Assembly (NCBI GenBank): GCA_964636865.1
Contig: CAZWVJ010000001.1
Span: 118,687-182,686, forward strand
Length of the DNA: 64,000 bases
Source: an uncultured Syntrophomonadaceae bacterium
Lineage (GTDB): Bacteria; Bacillota; Dethiobacteria; DTU022; PWGO01
Direction: 5' to 3'
Shown in pieces: positions 52,944-61,982 of the stretch. The notes below the pieces were generated by a model that was not told the origin of the DNA, ran no database searches, and saw only the letters and a list, made by a program, of their open reading frames with translations. The position numbers were made by a program, and so were the translations under genes. Every line of letters begins with the position of its first letter. Position 1 is the stretch's first letter.

Positions 52944-53762
52944 TTAACGTTTGACGATGGCATCAGTCATCATTACTACCCGCCGCATTTCTCTGATATC
53001 ATGGACCCTGACAATATCTACTCCTTTGGTAATTCCATATGCGACAGTGGCGGCAGTTCCTTCGAGCCGCTCGGAAGTGGGTAAATCAAGAATTTTTCCG
53101 ATTAATGATTTGCGAGAAGTGCCCAACAAAATGGGAAAATTCAAGGTTTTTAACCTATCCAAATGGTGCATCACTTCCAGGTTGTGATCCAATGTTTTTC
53201 CAAAACCAATGCCCGGATCAATAATAATATTATTTGCAGTGATGCCGGCATTAAGGGCCATATTAATGCTATCTTGAAGATCGGAAATAACTTCAGATAT
53301 AACATCTTCATAAATTGCTTTCTCTCGATTATGCATCAAGCACACCGGCACATCATATTTTGCTATAATGTCCGCCATTGCTGAATCGGCCTTGAGCCCC
53401 CAAACATCATTAACCATTTGTACGCCTTCTTGCAGTGCTTTTTCAGCTACACTTGACTTGTAAGTATCTATGGAGAGGGGGATATTAATTTCCTTAATTA
53501 TGGCTTTAATGACAGGAATAACGCGGCGTAGTTCTTCTTCTGCAGGAATAGGAGTGGCCCCGGGGCGTGTTGATTCGCCTCCTATATCAATTAGATCTGC
53601 TCCTTCATCAGCCATATAATGCGCTTGTTCTAAAGCTTTTTCCGGTTCTAGAAAACGTCCTCCATCAGAAAATGAGTCGGGGGTAACATTAAGGGTTCCC
53701 ATAATCAGGGTCCTTTTTCCAAGGGAAAGGGTATGATTGCCGCAATTTATTGTTCTGTTCAT
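52944..53762 (-). CDS. folP: Dihydropteroate synthase
   Basis: ILNVTPDSFSDGG and DIGGESTRPG motifs. Confidence 0.93.
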   Translation of the reverse strand: MNRTINCGNHTLSLGKRTLIMGTLNVTPDSFSDGGRFLEPEKALEQAHYMADEGADLIDIGGESTRPGATPIPAEEELRRVIPVIKAIIKEINIPLSIDTYKSSVAEKALQEGVQMVNDVWGLKADSAMADIIAKYDVPVCLMHNREKAIYEDVISEVISDLQDSINMALNAGITANNIIIDPGIGFGKTLDHNLEVMHHLDRLKTLNFPILLGTSRKSLIGKILDLPTSERLEGTAATVAYGITKGVDIVRVHDIREMRRVVMMTDAIVKR

Positions 53763-53788
53763 TTTACAACCTCCCGGCTTTGATATAC

Positions 53789-54355
53789 TTACTTGCCCTT
53801 AATCAAGGTAAAAGCTTCTTCCCGTGAAACGGGGCTGTGACGGAATAAACCTCTTACTGCAGAAGTTACCGTTATAGAACCCGGTTTTTTTACCCCACGA
53901 ATGCTCATGCAAAGGTGTTCGGCTTCAATTACGATGACTACTCCTTTTGGAGAAAGCATTTCCATAATTGTATCTGCGGTCTGTGTAGTAAGCCGTTCCT
54001 GTAGTTGTGGACGGCAAGCAATAACTTCAATTACCCGCACTAATTTACTTAGGCCGGTTATGCGTCCTCCGGCGGGGATATAGGCGATATGGGCCTTGCC
54101 ATAAAAAGGCATGAGATGATGCTCGCACATGGAGTAAAAAGAAATATCTTTAACCAGTACCATTTCATCATGCTCATCAGAAACAAAACATTTTTCCAAA
54201 AGTTCGCGAGCATCTTGATGTACTCCGCCAAAAACTTCTCCGTACAATTTGGCGACCCTTTCAGGTGTTTCTCTTAGCCCTTCTCGGGCAGTATCTTCGC
54301 CGATGGCTTCCAGGATCATTTTAACTGCTTGTTGAATTTTTTGTTCATCTACCAT
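53789..54355 (-). CDS. folE: GTP cyclohydrolase I
   Basis: CEHH motif region (MCEHHLMPF) and the RLQVQERLT-like motif (RPQLQERLT). Confidence 0.93.
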   Translation of the reverse strand: MVDEQKIQQAVKMILEAIGEDTAREGLRETPERVAKLYGEVFGGVHQDARELLEKCFVSDEHDEMVLVKDISFYSMCEHHLMPFYGKAHIAYIPAGGRITGLSKLVRVIEVIACRPQLQERLTTQTADTIMEMLSPKGVVIVIEAEHLCMSIRGVKKPGSITVTSAVRGLFRHSPVSREEAFTLIKGK

Positions 54356-54644
54356 TTATAAATTTTCCCCTTCATTTTAAGTAAAAATTATCTTGTATAT
54401 AAAGCTTAGTAATGTTATCAGGTATTTGATTCGATTATTTTTAGCTTTTTCCTGCATATATTAGAGAATGAAAATATCTGTTTTTAAAGCAACACTTTAA
54501 GTGATAATTAACTGAAGCCCGGAATTGAGACCGTATAAAGGTGAAAAAAGTGGGCCGTCTTTTGCCTCCTATAATTAACCGGGCCAGAAATGCTGCAATT
54601 GTAATTTTAGTATGTGTTTGATATATTTGATAGGGGGTGTATTC

Positions 54645-55430
54645 ATGCTGTTAACCATAGATGTGGGAAATACTCATAAAATGCTTGGGGTCTTCAAAAA
54701 AAACGAATTAATGATATGTTGGCGCATTACTACAAGTTGGGAGCGCAGTGAGGATGAATTGGGAATTACCATTAAAAATCTTTTCAAGCATAGTGATTTA
54801 GAATGGAAGGATGTTACCGGAATAGCTATTTCTTCCGTAGTGCCCCCCTTAATGTATTCCTTGGAAAAAATGTCTAAAAAGTACTTCAACATATCCCCTT
54901 TAATCATTGGACCGGGAGTAAAAACAGGGCTTAACATTTTAATGGATGATCCTCGTGAAGTAGGTGCAGACCGTGTTGTAAATGCGGTAGCCGGGTATTC
55001 ACTATATGGAGGACCTTTGGTGATAGTAGATTTTGGAACTGCCACCACATTTTGTGTCATTAATGAAAAAGGAGATTACCAGGGTGGAGCTATAGCGCCT
55101 GGAATAGGAGTTTCTACAGAAGCTCTTTTTAATAAAGCCGCCAAACTGCCCCGCGTGGAAATGGTTAAACCCCGCCATGTAATTGGCAAAAATACCGTTA
55201 GTAGTATGCATTCAGGTATTTACTATGGTTTTGTCGGACAGGTTGACGGTATAGTACAGCGTATCATTAATGAAATGTCCCGTAAGCCCTTAGTTTTGGC
55301 TACAGGGGGCTTTGCCGAAACTTTGGCTGAGGAGTCTGAAACCATTGAAAAAGTTAACCATTATCTTACCCTAGAAGGTTTACGCATTATTTTTGATAGA
55401 AATATGGAGGAAGAGGATAAATTTTACTAG
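54645..55430 (+). CDS. coaX: Type III pantothenate kinase
   Basis: MLLTIDVGNTH N-terminus with RBS AGGGGGTG; ASKHA-fold motifs. Confidence 0.9.
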   Translation: MLLTIDVGNTHKMLGVFKKNELMICWRITTSWERSEDELGITIKNLFKHSDLEWKDVTGIAISSVVPPLMYSLEKMSKKYFNISPLIIGPGVKTGLNILMDDPREVGADRVVNAVAGYSLYGGPLVIVDFGTATTFCVINEKGDYQGGAIAPGIGVSTEALFNKAAKLPRVEMVKPRHVIGKNTVSSMHSGIYYGFVGQVDGIVQRIINEMSRKPLVLATGGFAETLAEESETIEKVNHYLTLEGLRIIFDRNMEEEDKFY

Positions 55431-55546
55431 ATGGTCTATAAATAAAAATAATAAAGCAAAATAAAGTATTTTATAGAAAGAAGGAAATAACCCCAATTCT
55501 TCCCTGCTCATACTCTCTTACGGCATATATTTGGTTTTATAAATCC

Positions 55547-55575
55547 TTGAAACTATAAAAAATGCTAGCTAAAAT
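55547..55575 (+). promoter_or_regulatory. Sigma-A-type promoter (TTGAAA-N17-TAAAAT) for hsp20
   Basis: Read directly; it sits 15 nt upstream of the CIRCE element. Confidence 0.5.
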
Positions 55576-55590
55576 AAAAAATAGAAATGG

Positions 55591-55617
55591 TTAGCACTCG
55601 ATAGAAAAGAGTGCTAA
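55591..55617 (+). promoter_or_regulatory. CIRCE element (HrcA operator) TTAGCACTC-N9-GAGTGCTAA
   Basis: Exact match to the CIRCE consensus with a 9-nt spacer, located 35 nt upstream of the hsp20 start. Confidence 0.9.
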
Positions 55618-55651
55618 CAAGATAAATTTTTTATAGTAGGGGGTGTTATAG

Positions 55652-56095
55652 ATGGCCGAATTGATTAGAAGGGATCCGAGGAGAGATGCCGGTCGGCTGA
55701 GAACAGAGTTAGATAGATTATTTGAAGATGCATTGAGGGCGTGGCCTTTAGGCACAAGAGAAGATCTTTACCCCACAGTTGATATATATGAAGGTGACGG
55801 TAAGTATGAAGCCCATGTGGATTTACCGGGCATAGATCCTGAGGATGTGGAAATAAATGTTACCGGCAACCAGGTAACTGTTAGAGGTGAAATGAAGGAA
55901 GAAGACGAAAAAACTGAAGGAAATGTCTATTGGAAAGAAAGATATAGTGGGCAATTTGCAAGGAGCTTTGAGCTTCCTGTGGCTATTGAATCCGATAATG
56001 TGGAAGCTGTTTATGAAGATGGGGTATTAAAGATTGATTTGCCTAAGGCTGACGAAGAACGTCCTAAATCAATTAAAGTAAAAAGAGGAAAATAA
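55652..56095 (+). CDS. Hsp20/alpha-crystallin family small heat shock protein
   Basis: 147 aa; alpha-crystallin domain with the GVL(K/T)I C-terminal motif (DGVLKIDLPK); preceded by CIRCE. Confidence 0.88.
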   Translation: MAELIRRDPRRDAGRLRTELDRLFEDALRAWPLGTREDLYPTVDIYEGDGKYEAHVDLPGIDPEDVEINVTGNQVTVRGEMKEEDEKTEGNVYWKERYSGQFARSFELPVAIESDNVEAVYEDGVLKIDLPKADEERPKSIKVKRGK

Positions 56096-56245
56096 ATCTA
56101 ATCAAGAAATAGTTCTGAAGATGATTTAGGGGCAGCTAATTGAAAAAGTTGCCCCAATTTTATGTTTGTAAAGAAATAAAATTGATCATAATATTATAGA
56201 AGAACTAATATGTTTTCATGGAAATAGATTAGCAGCACTAAAAAT

Positions 56246-56872
56246 ATGGAAGGGGAGAATATTTTGGAGTTCGATGAAGCTATAGAACAAAGACGCAGTA
56301 TCAGGTGTTATACGGAAGATCCTGTGCCAAAAGAGCTGATAAAAGAACTTATAGAAGCTGCAAGAAAGGCGCCTTCTGCTACAAACAGGCAACCCTGGCG
56401 GTTTTTAGTTGTTCAAGACGAAGATATGAAAAACCGATTGCAAGAAGGAATTGCCCAGTCTTTTGTAGTGAGAGCCCCAACAATCATTGTTTGCTGCCTT
56501 GATCGTCATACTTTTACCCGGCAGCTAATTGAAAAAAGGGTAGAAGAATTAATTGATGCGAATGTGATGAGTCGGGAAGTTGCAAATATGCTTTACCAGC
56601 GCAAACTTCCTCAAACGGTGGAAGAAACCGGGATTCCTGTTTCTGCATACCTCGACCTGGGAATTGCTGTAGAACAAATTGTTCTTAAAGCTACAAGTAT
56701 GGGGCTTGGGTCTTGCTGGGTGCGCATGTTTGATCAAGAAAGAGTTGGTGAGATTCTGAGTCTGCCTGTAGCAATAACACCTGTAGTACTGCTGCCGGTG
56801 GGTTATCCCGCAGAGGATCCATCAATGAGGCCAAGAATGTCTTTGGATGAAATTCTTTTGGACTTTATTTAA
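56246..56872 (+). CDS. Nitroreductase family protein
   Basis: RRSIRCY...PSATNRQPW motif. Confidence 0.85.
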   Translation: MEGENILEFDEAIEQRRSIRCYTEDPVPKELIKELIEAARKAPSATNRQPWRFLVVQDEDMKNRLQEGIAQSFVVRAPTIIVCCLDRHTFTRQLIEKRVEELIDANVMSREVANMLYQRKLPQTVEETGIPVSAYLDLGIAVEQIVLKATSMGLGSCWVRMFDQERVGEILSLPVAITPVVLLPVGYPAEDPSMRPRMSLDEILLDFI

Positions 56873-57056
56873 GAGGTTCAGGCAATGAATTGTGATAATC
56901 GGAATTATTGCATAAGAATTGAGAAAGTAATATAATGAAAACATCTTTTAAAGTAACATGAGATTATCTACGTATGAATATAAAGAGTTTTATATTATGG
57001 TAGTTATCTTTAATGTAGTTACTTCTAAAAGAAAAATTAAGAAAGGGGCATTAAAT

Positions 57057-57374
57057 ATGATTAATGTAACCAACCTAGCAGTGGAAAAATTTAAGGAGAT
57101 TTTGAAACAAGAAAACCAGGAAGATGCTTATATTCGGATTTATGTCAGTGGAACAGGTTGAGGAGGGCCCCAGATGGGGTTGGCTCTGGAAGAGTCAGTT
57201 AATAATGAAGAAGACCATGTAAAAGAGGTAGATGGGGTAAATTTTGTTTTTGCGGAAAAAGTTTTGAAGCACATTAAGGGGAAAGTGCTTGATTACAAAA
57301 ACGATGCTAATTATGAAGGTTTTACCATACTTGATGAAAACCCCGGTTCGGATTGCGGCGGATGCTGCGGTTAA
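57057..57374 (+). CDS. HesB/IscA-like iron-sulfur cluster assembly protein, putative selenoprotein (in-frame TGA at 57159-57161 read as Sec)
   Basis: ATG with RBS AAAGGGG. N-terminal half MINVTNLAVEKFKEILKQ...YIRIYVSGTG-TGA-GGPQMG continues in the same frame to DGVNFVF...DCGGCCG. The TGA falls where the HesB/IscA signature GGGCSG Cys sits. The ORF track shows two abutting same-frame ORFs (56958-57161 and 57174-57374). Confidence 0.65.
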
Positions 57375-57706
57375 ATGTTTGCAATTAACTTCAAAATATT
57401 TATTAATTATAATTATTTTAGTTAGGGCAATGGTAATTTTCTGTTGATATTTGTGCTGCAAAATAAATATATGTAACAATTATTTGTCTTAAGTAAAAGG
57501 TGTATGGCTTAAGATCCAGAAATTTCCTCTGCTGTCAGGCTTTAGCTTCCCTCACATGCGATTATAATTGTAAATATATGTTATGATATACTTAAATCAG
57601 TTTAATTTCTTCCATCTTCCATGATTAATAAATACACTGGTTTATTCAAGTGTGATCAAATTATTTATATTTATAAATATATATTATTCGGAAGGGGGAA
57701 ATAAAA

Positions 57707-58354
57707 ATGGCCAAAATCAGTGTTAGTTGGTTTGGGCATGCCATGTTTTTGATTGAAAGGCCGGGAATAAAGATTGTGACTGATCCTTATTCAACCGAAA
57801 TAGGTTATTCTTTTCCGGATATTGAGGCATCAGTTGTTACAATAAGTCATAATCATTTTGATCATAATAATGTTGAGGCTCTAAAAGGAGGTCCATTCGT
57901 AATAAAAGAACCAATGCCGTTGTTTTTTGGGCCTATACAATTTGAAGGTCTGATCACTGATCATGATAATTTCGGTGGAGAAGAAAGAGGGAAAAATATT
58001 ATATTCCGTTGGCAAATGGAAGGGATAACGTTTGCTCACATGGGAGATTATGGAGAAAACACACTTACCGATGATCAGAAAATGTTTTTGGCTCAAACTG
58101 ATGTATTGATGATTCCGGTAGGGGGAGTTTATACCATAAATGGTGAGCAGGCGCGCCAAATTATAGCGGAGGTAGCTCCAAAAGTAACTATTCCTATGCA
58201 CTATAAAACATCTCCTTTGAATATAAATATTGAGAGCATAGAAAATTTCGTGCAGGGTATGAATAATGTGCAGTATGTGGGTAAGGAAGCTTTTTTTGAA
58301 GCGGGAAAACTTCCAGTTGCTCCGGAAGTTTGGGTTTTAGATTTAGCATCTTAA
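57707..58354 (+). CDS. MBL-fold metal-dependent hydrolase (UPF0173-like)
   Basis: HxHxDH motif (SHNHFDHNN) plus later conserved His/Asp residues; 215 aa. Confidence 0.75.
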   Translation: MAKISVSWFGHAMFLIERPGIKIVTDPYSTEIGYSFPDIEASVVTISHNHFDHNNVEALKGGPFVIKEPMPLFFGPIQFEGLITDHDNFGGEERGKNIIFRWQMEGITFAHMGDYGENTLTDDQKMFLAQTDVLMIPVGGVYTINGEQARQIIAEVAPKVTIPMHYKTSPLNINIESIENFVQGMNNVQYVGKEAFFEAGKLPVAPEVWVLDLAS

Positions 58355-58504
58355 TTAAACAACTAAAAATATTTAATAAAATTAATTAGTTATTCTTTTT
58401 GATAAGGAGGGCAATGTAAATTAATAAATATTCGGGGAGCTAAATTAAAGCAGTTATAATAGATTAGACCGTTGTTGAGTGTTCTTCATTGATGGAGGTA
58501 TCAG

Positions 58505-58930
58505 ATGAAAAGTTCCCATTTTATTCTCTTACTGATTTTAGACTTTGTTTTTTTAATTGCTGTCTTTCTTTTATTTACATATTATGGCATGACTCATTTG
58601 CTGCTTTTTATTATCGGCTTACTTATCTTGATTACGGGTTTTTATGACTTTAAAACCGGGATTTTTTCAGAATTGCTTTGCCAGTTGTTCAATTTTTCGG
58701 GTAAACAAAAAAAAGGGGGAATATATAATTTAATTCCACTGCTGATGTCTTTGGTGGTAATAGCTTATTCTATCCCTCAACTATTAGAACATGGGCTGAT
58801 AAATAGAGGTCAGGAAAGTTTAATGTCAGGAAATTATTTCTTTCAATTTGCGATTTGGTTGGTGGTTTTGAGTTTATTCTTATTAATTGCTGCCATTGGT
58901 TCCCAGTTCTGGAAAAAACGAAATAAATAA
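58505..58930 (+). CDS. Hypothetical integral membrane protein (4 predicted TM helices)
   Basis: 141 aa, strongly hydrophobic; no recognisable motif. Confidence 0.45.
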   Translation: MKSSHFILLLILDFVFLIAVFLLFTYYGMTHLLLFIIGLLILITGFYDFKTGIFSELLCQLFNFSGKQKKGGIYNLIPLLMSLVVIAYSIPQLLEHGLINRGQESLMSGNYFFQFAIWLVVLSLFLLIAAIGSQFWKKRNK

Positions 58931-58975
58931 AATGAAGGTGTGATTAGGGGAAAGCCTCTATGCAATCAACATTAC

Positions 58976-60106
58976 TTATTCCATAGCTCCTATTTCATTA
59001 AGAGATGTTACAATTTCTTGGCGAACCTCTACATTATTTTCCCGGCGGAAGCAGCTATCCAGCGCCTGCTTTGCTTCATTTTCCTTGTACTGACCGAGCG
59101 ACCAGGCGGAATGTAATCTTATTATTGGGGAGGGGTCGTTTTGCAGTAGATTGGTTAAAGGCTTTATAACATTAATATTTTTGCTGTTACCCATGGCTAC
59201 GATAGCATTTCGACGCAATATCTGGCGACCTCGCCAATTTGCGGCGGTGTGGCCAAATGTTTTTTTGAAATTTTCTTTGCTCATATTTGAGCAAGCAATT
59301 AAAGGAAGCTCATCAGGTAAAATGGGAGGGTTTAAATTTTTTAACTGATTTTTATCTATTTTCCGGTTACGAGTGCAAACTTCTTGACATGTATCACAAC
59401 CATATAATTTGACTCCTAAGCTTTTTCTAAAAGCGCGGGGGATAATCCCTTTATTTTGCGTAATAAAAGAAAGGCAGCGCCAGGGATCTATTTGGAAAGG
59501 AGCAAATAAAGCTCCGGTAGGACAGGATTCCCGGCAAAGACCGCAGTTTAAACATGGTGGTGAAGGGGGTGTGATTTTGTGAGGGCTTAGAGGAATGTCT
59601 GTTAAGATCATTCCTAATGATACCCATGAACCACTAAAAGGAGATAAAAATGTAGTGTTTTCACCCAGTTCACCTCCTGCTTTATGTATAAATGCTCGTT
59701 CTAACAGCGGACTTGTATCGACGGAAATAAAGAAATTAAAAGTCGAGGGATAAAATTTTTCTATATACTTTATCAATTGAAAAGCTTTTTCCTGTAAGAC
59801 AGAGTGGTAGTCTTTTCCACGAGCGAATTCAGCAACTTTACCATAGGGCTCATTATTTGCCGGAGGTGATTTGGAAGCTGTCAGATAGGAAAGCGCAAAA
59901 CATATAATGCTTTGGCAACCGGGCAAACTTTGGCGCGGATTTATTCTCTTTTCAATAAATTTATTTTCAAAAGGAGATGCCAACCCTGCCTGAATGCGTT
60001 TCTCTAAATGAGGTTTTAGTTTATAAAGCGGATTGGCATTTATTATACCCGTAATTTCCATTCCAAGATGTATTGATTGATCAAGTATTTTTTTACTTAA
60101 ATCCAT
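58976..60106 (-). CDS. queG: Epoxyqueuosine reductase (tRNA queuosine biosynthesis), 4Fe-4S/cobalamin type with C-terminal HEAT repeats
   Basis: Two 4Fe-4S Cys clusters (CLNCGLCRESCP, CDTCQEVC); DUF1730-like N-terminal region; HEAT-like C-terminus. Likely start at MDLSKK after the AAAGGAGAAG RBS. Confidence 0.8.
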   Translation of the reverse strand: MDLSKKILDQSIHLGMEITGIINANPLYKLKPHLEKRIQAGLASPFENKFIEKRINPRQSLPGCQSIICFALSYLTASKSPPANNEPYGKVAEFARGKDYHSVLQEKAFQLIKYIEKFYPSTFNFFISVDTSPLLERAFIHKAGGELGENTTFLSPFSGSWVSLGMILTDIPLSPHKITPPSPPCLNCGLCRESCPTGALFAPFQIDPWRCLSFITQNKGIIPRAFRKSLGVKLYGCDTCQEVCTRNRKIDKNQLKNLNPPILPDELPLIACSNMSKENFKKTFGHTAANWRGRQILRRNAIVAMGNSKNINVIKPLTNLLQNDPSPIIRLHSAWSLGQYKENEAKQALDSCFRRENNVEVRQEIVTSLNEIGAME

Positions 60107-60180
60107 GAGAGAAACTTCTCCTTTCAGCACACAAATATTAAAGGATGTTTCATAAACTGTCAAATTAAGGAGGTAATTTC

Positions 60181-60411
60181 ATGAGTGAGGGTGAATGGGT
60201 CTTTTTAATAGAAGCAACAAATGAAACGGAAGCAGACATTATTTGTGGTTTTTTGCAGACCCATGAAGTACCGGCAAAAAAAGAATATAGCGGCCCGTTT
60301 TCTGGGTTAAAGGTCATTATGGGTCAGGAAGTAGGTGTAATCAGCATAATGGTTCCTTCAAATTTAAAGTCTCTTGCCCGGGACTTATTAGAGGAAATTG
60401 AGGAGAAATAG
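60181..60411 (+). CDS. Small DUF2007-like protein (putative signal-transducing, PII-like fold)
   Basis: 76 aa, strong RBS AAGGAGGT; family call is tentative. Confidence 0.4.
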   Translation: MSEGEWVFLIEATNETEADIICGFLQTHEVPAKKEYSGPFSGLKVIMGQEVGVISIMVPSNLKSLARDLLEEIEEK

Positions 60412-60580
60412 GAGATAAATATTGTAATATTAACATTTTAGGTTTCGCTTATCCTTGTTTTTGTTATATAATATATAGTAGACTATCGATAAATGGTCAA
60501 GATTTATTAATAGGTGCTTATTAATGTTTCGTAAAAGTAAAAAACGGTAACTATTTTGATGATTAGCTGGGGGTGTTTTT

Positions 60581-60766
60581 GTGTTAGGCAAGATTGGGAT
60601 GATGGAAATACTTATTATCCTGGTGGTGGCACTAATCATTTTTGGTCCCACAAAACTGCCGGAACTGGGTAGGTCTATTGGCCAGGGTTTTAATGAATTA
60701 CGGAAAGCAGGCAAAGATTTAAAACAAAGCGTTGATGTTACTGAAGATATTAACAAAGACAACTAG
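60581..60766 (+). CDS. tatA: Twin-arginine translocase subunit TatA/E
   Basis: ILIILVVALIIFGPTKLPELGRSIGQGFNELRKAG is the canonical TatA TM-plus-amphipathic-helix (FGPxKLP) motif. Confidence 0.88.
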   Translation: MLGKIGMMEILIILVVALIIFGPTKLPELGRSIGQGFNELRKAGKDLKQSVDVTEDINKDN

Positions 60767-60820
60767 TAATTTTTCGGGGGGCAAAGAGTTAAACGGTAGA
60801 GATTTAGGAGGAAAAACAAT

Positions 60821-61711
60821 ATGCATGGATATTCCTTAGAAAAAATTAATAAAGCAATTAAAAAGTATTCAAAGAATAACGAAAATTGTGCCCAGTTGTT
60901 AGCTTCTTATCAGGAATTGTTAGAATTACAATTTCAATACTTAGAACACATAGATGTTCCTTTTAACCTGGAGGAGGAAGATATAAAGGAATATCTTAGG
61001 CAAGGGCATTATCTTTTAGCTGATGAATCGTTAAACTTGGATCTTTCGAAGGTAAGGGAATTAATGTTTAAAATAGCGAAAGTATTATTAAATAACGAAT
61101 CAAATCTTTCTCAAAAACTGGAACTGCTTGAAAGTCTACCGGAACTGCAAGAAGAAAATCTTTCTCAATTATTAAATCGCAAAGGTGGAAATAATCCGGA
61201 AAATGTAGAAAGTTACCTCCGGGATAATGCTGTTCATGATAAATGTAATATTGAACCGGAGGTCATAACAAATATAATATTTACTGCCCTTTCGCCCTTT
61301 TACATGAATTACGCCGGCAAAGCGGCAGAAATTACCGATTTTTCATTATGGTCGAATGGATTTTGTCCTGTGTGCGGTCAAAAGCCCATGATGGCTATGT
61401 TAAGGTCAGAAGATAACGCCAGAATTTTAGAATGCTGGCTTTGCCATACCCAGTGGAAATTTTCACGCTTGGAATGCCCTTATTGCAATAACAAGGATTA
61501 TTATAAAATGGGCTATTTTTTTGTTGATGAAGAGAAGAGTAGGCGTATAAATGTTTGTGAGCATTGCAAAAGCTATATAAAAACAATTTCTTTAAAAGAA
61601 ATTGCAGGAAATGTAATTTTAGATGTGGAAAATCTTTGCACCATGAATCTTGATTTAGCTGCTCAAGAAAAGGGTTACAAGCCAGGGCAGGATCTTTCAC
61701 TTTTAAATTAA
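60821..61711 (+). CDS. fdhE: FdhE-like formate dehydrogenase maturation protein
   Basis: Four CxxC pairs (CPVCGQ, CWLCHT, CPYCNN, CEHCKS) in the C-terminal half with FdhE-like spacing; embedded in the tat operon. Confidence 0.7.
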   Translation: MHGYSLEKINKAIKKYSKNNENCAQLLASYQELLELQFQYLEHIDVPFNLEEEDIKEYLRQGHYLLADESLNLDLSKVRELMFKIAKVLLNNESNLSQKLELLESLPELQEENLSQLLNRKGGNNPENVESYLRDNAVHDKCNIEPEVITNIIFTALSPFYMNYAGKAAEITDFSLWSNGFCPVCGQKPMMAMLRSEDNARILECWLCHTQWKFSRLECPYCNNKDYYKMGYFFVDEEKSRRINVCEHCKSYIKTISLKEIAGNVILDVENLCTMNLDLAAQEKGYKPGQDLSLLN

Positions 61712-61744
61712 TATTTTGACAGAAAATAAAAAGGAGGTAATGGA

Positions 61745-61945
61745 ATGTCTATAGGCAAAATTGGGCCTACGGAGCTTATTTTAATATTGGCGGTGGTACT
61801 GCTAATATTTGGCCCCGGAAAGCTGCCGGCTTTGGCTAAATCTATCGGCAAAAGCGTAACGGAGCTGAAAGATGGTTTAAGCGGTAAGAAAACTGAAGAA
61901 GCTGCTGCTGAGTCATCTGGTGAGAGCCAAAATAACGATGAATAA
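61745..61945 (+). CDS. tatA: Twin-arginine translocase subunit TatA/E (second copy)
   Basis: ELILILAVVLLIFGPGKLPALAKSIGKSVTELK motif. Confidence 0.88.
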   Translation: MSIGKIGPTELILILAVVLLIFGPGKLPALAKSIGKSVTELKDGLSGKKTEEAAAESSGESQNNDE

Positions 61946-61982
61946 TTGGTAAGAGACAACAGGGAAACTGAGGAGTTAAGCT

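Noticed and set aside
54356-54644. Possible THF riboswitch upstream of folE (minus strand)
   Set aside because: Reverse-complemented the region; no CGCGUUAAGUGCCGG / AGAGUAGG-like core. Only a loosely palindromic GGGCCG...CGGGCC element was found, so it is not called.
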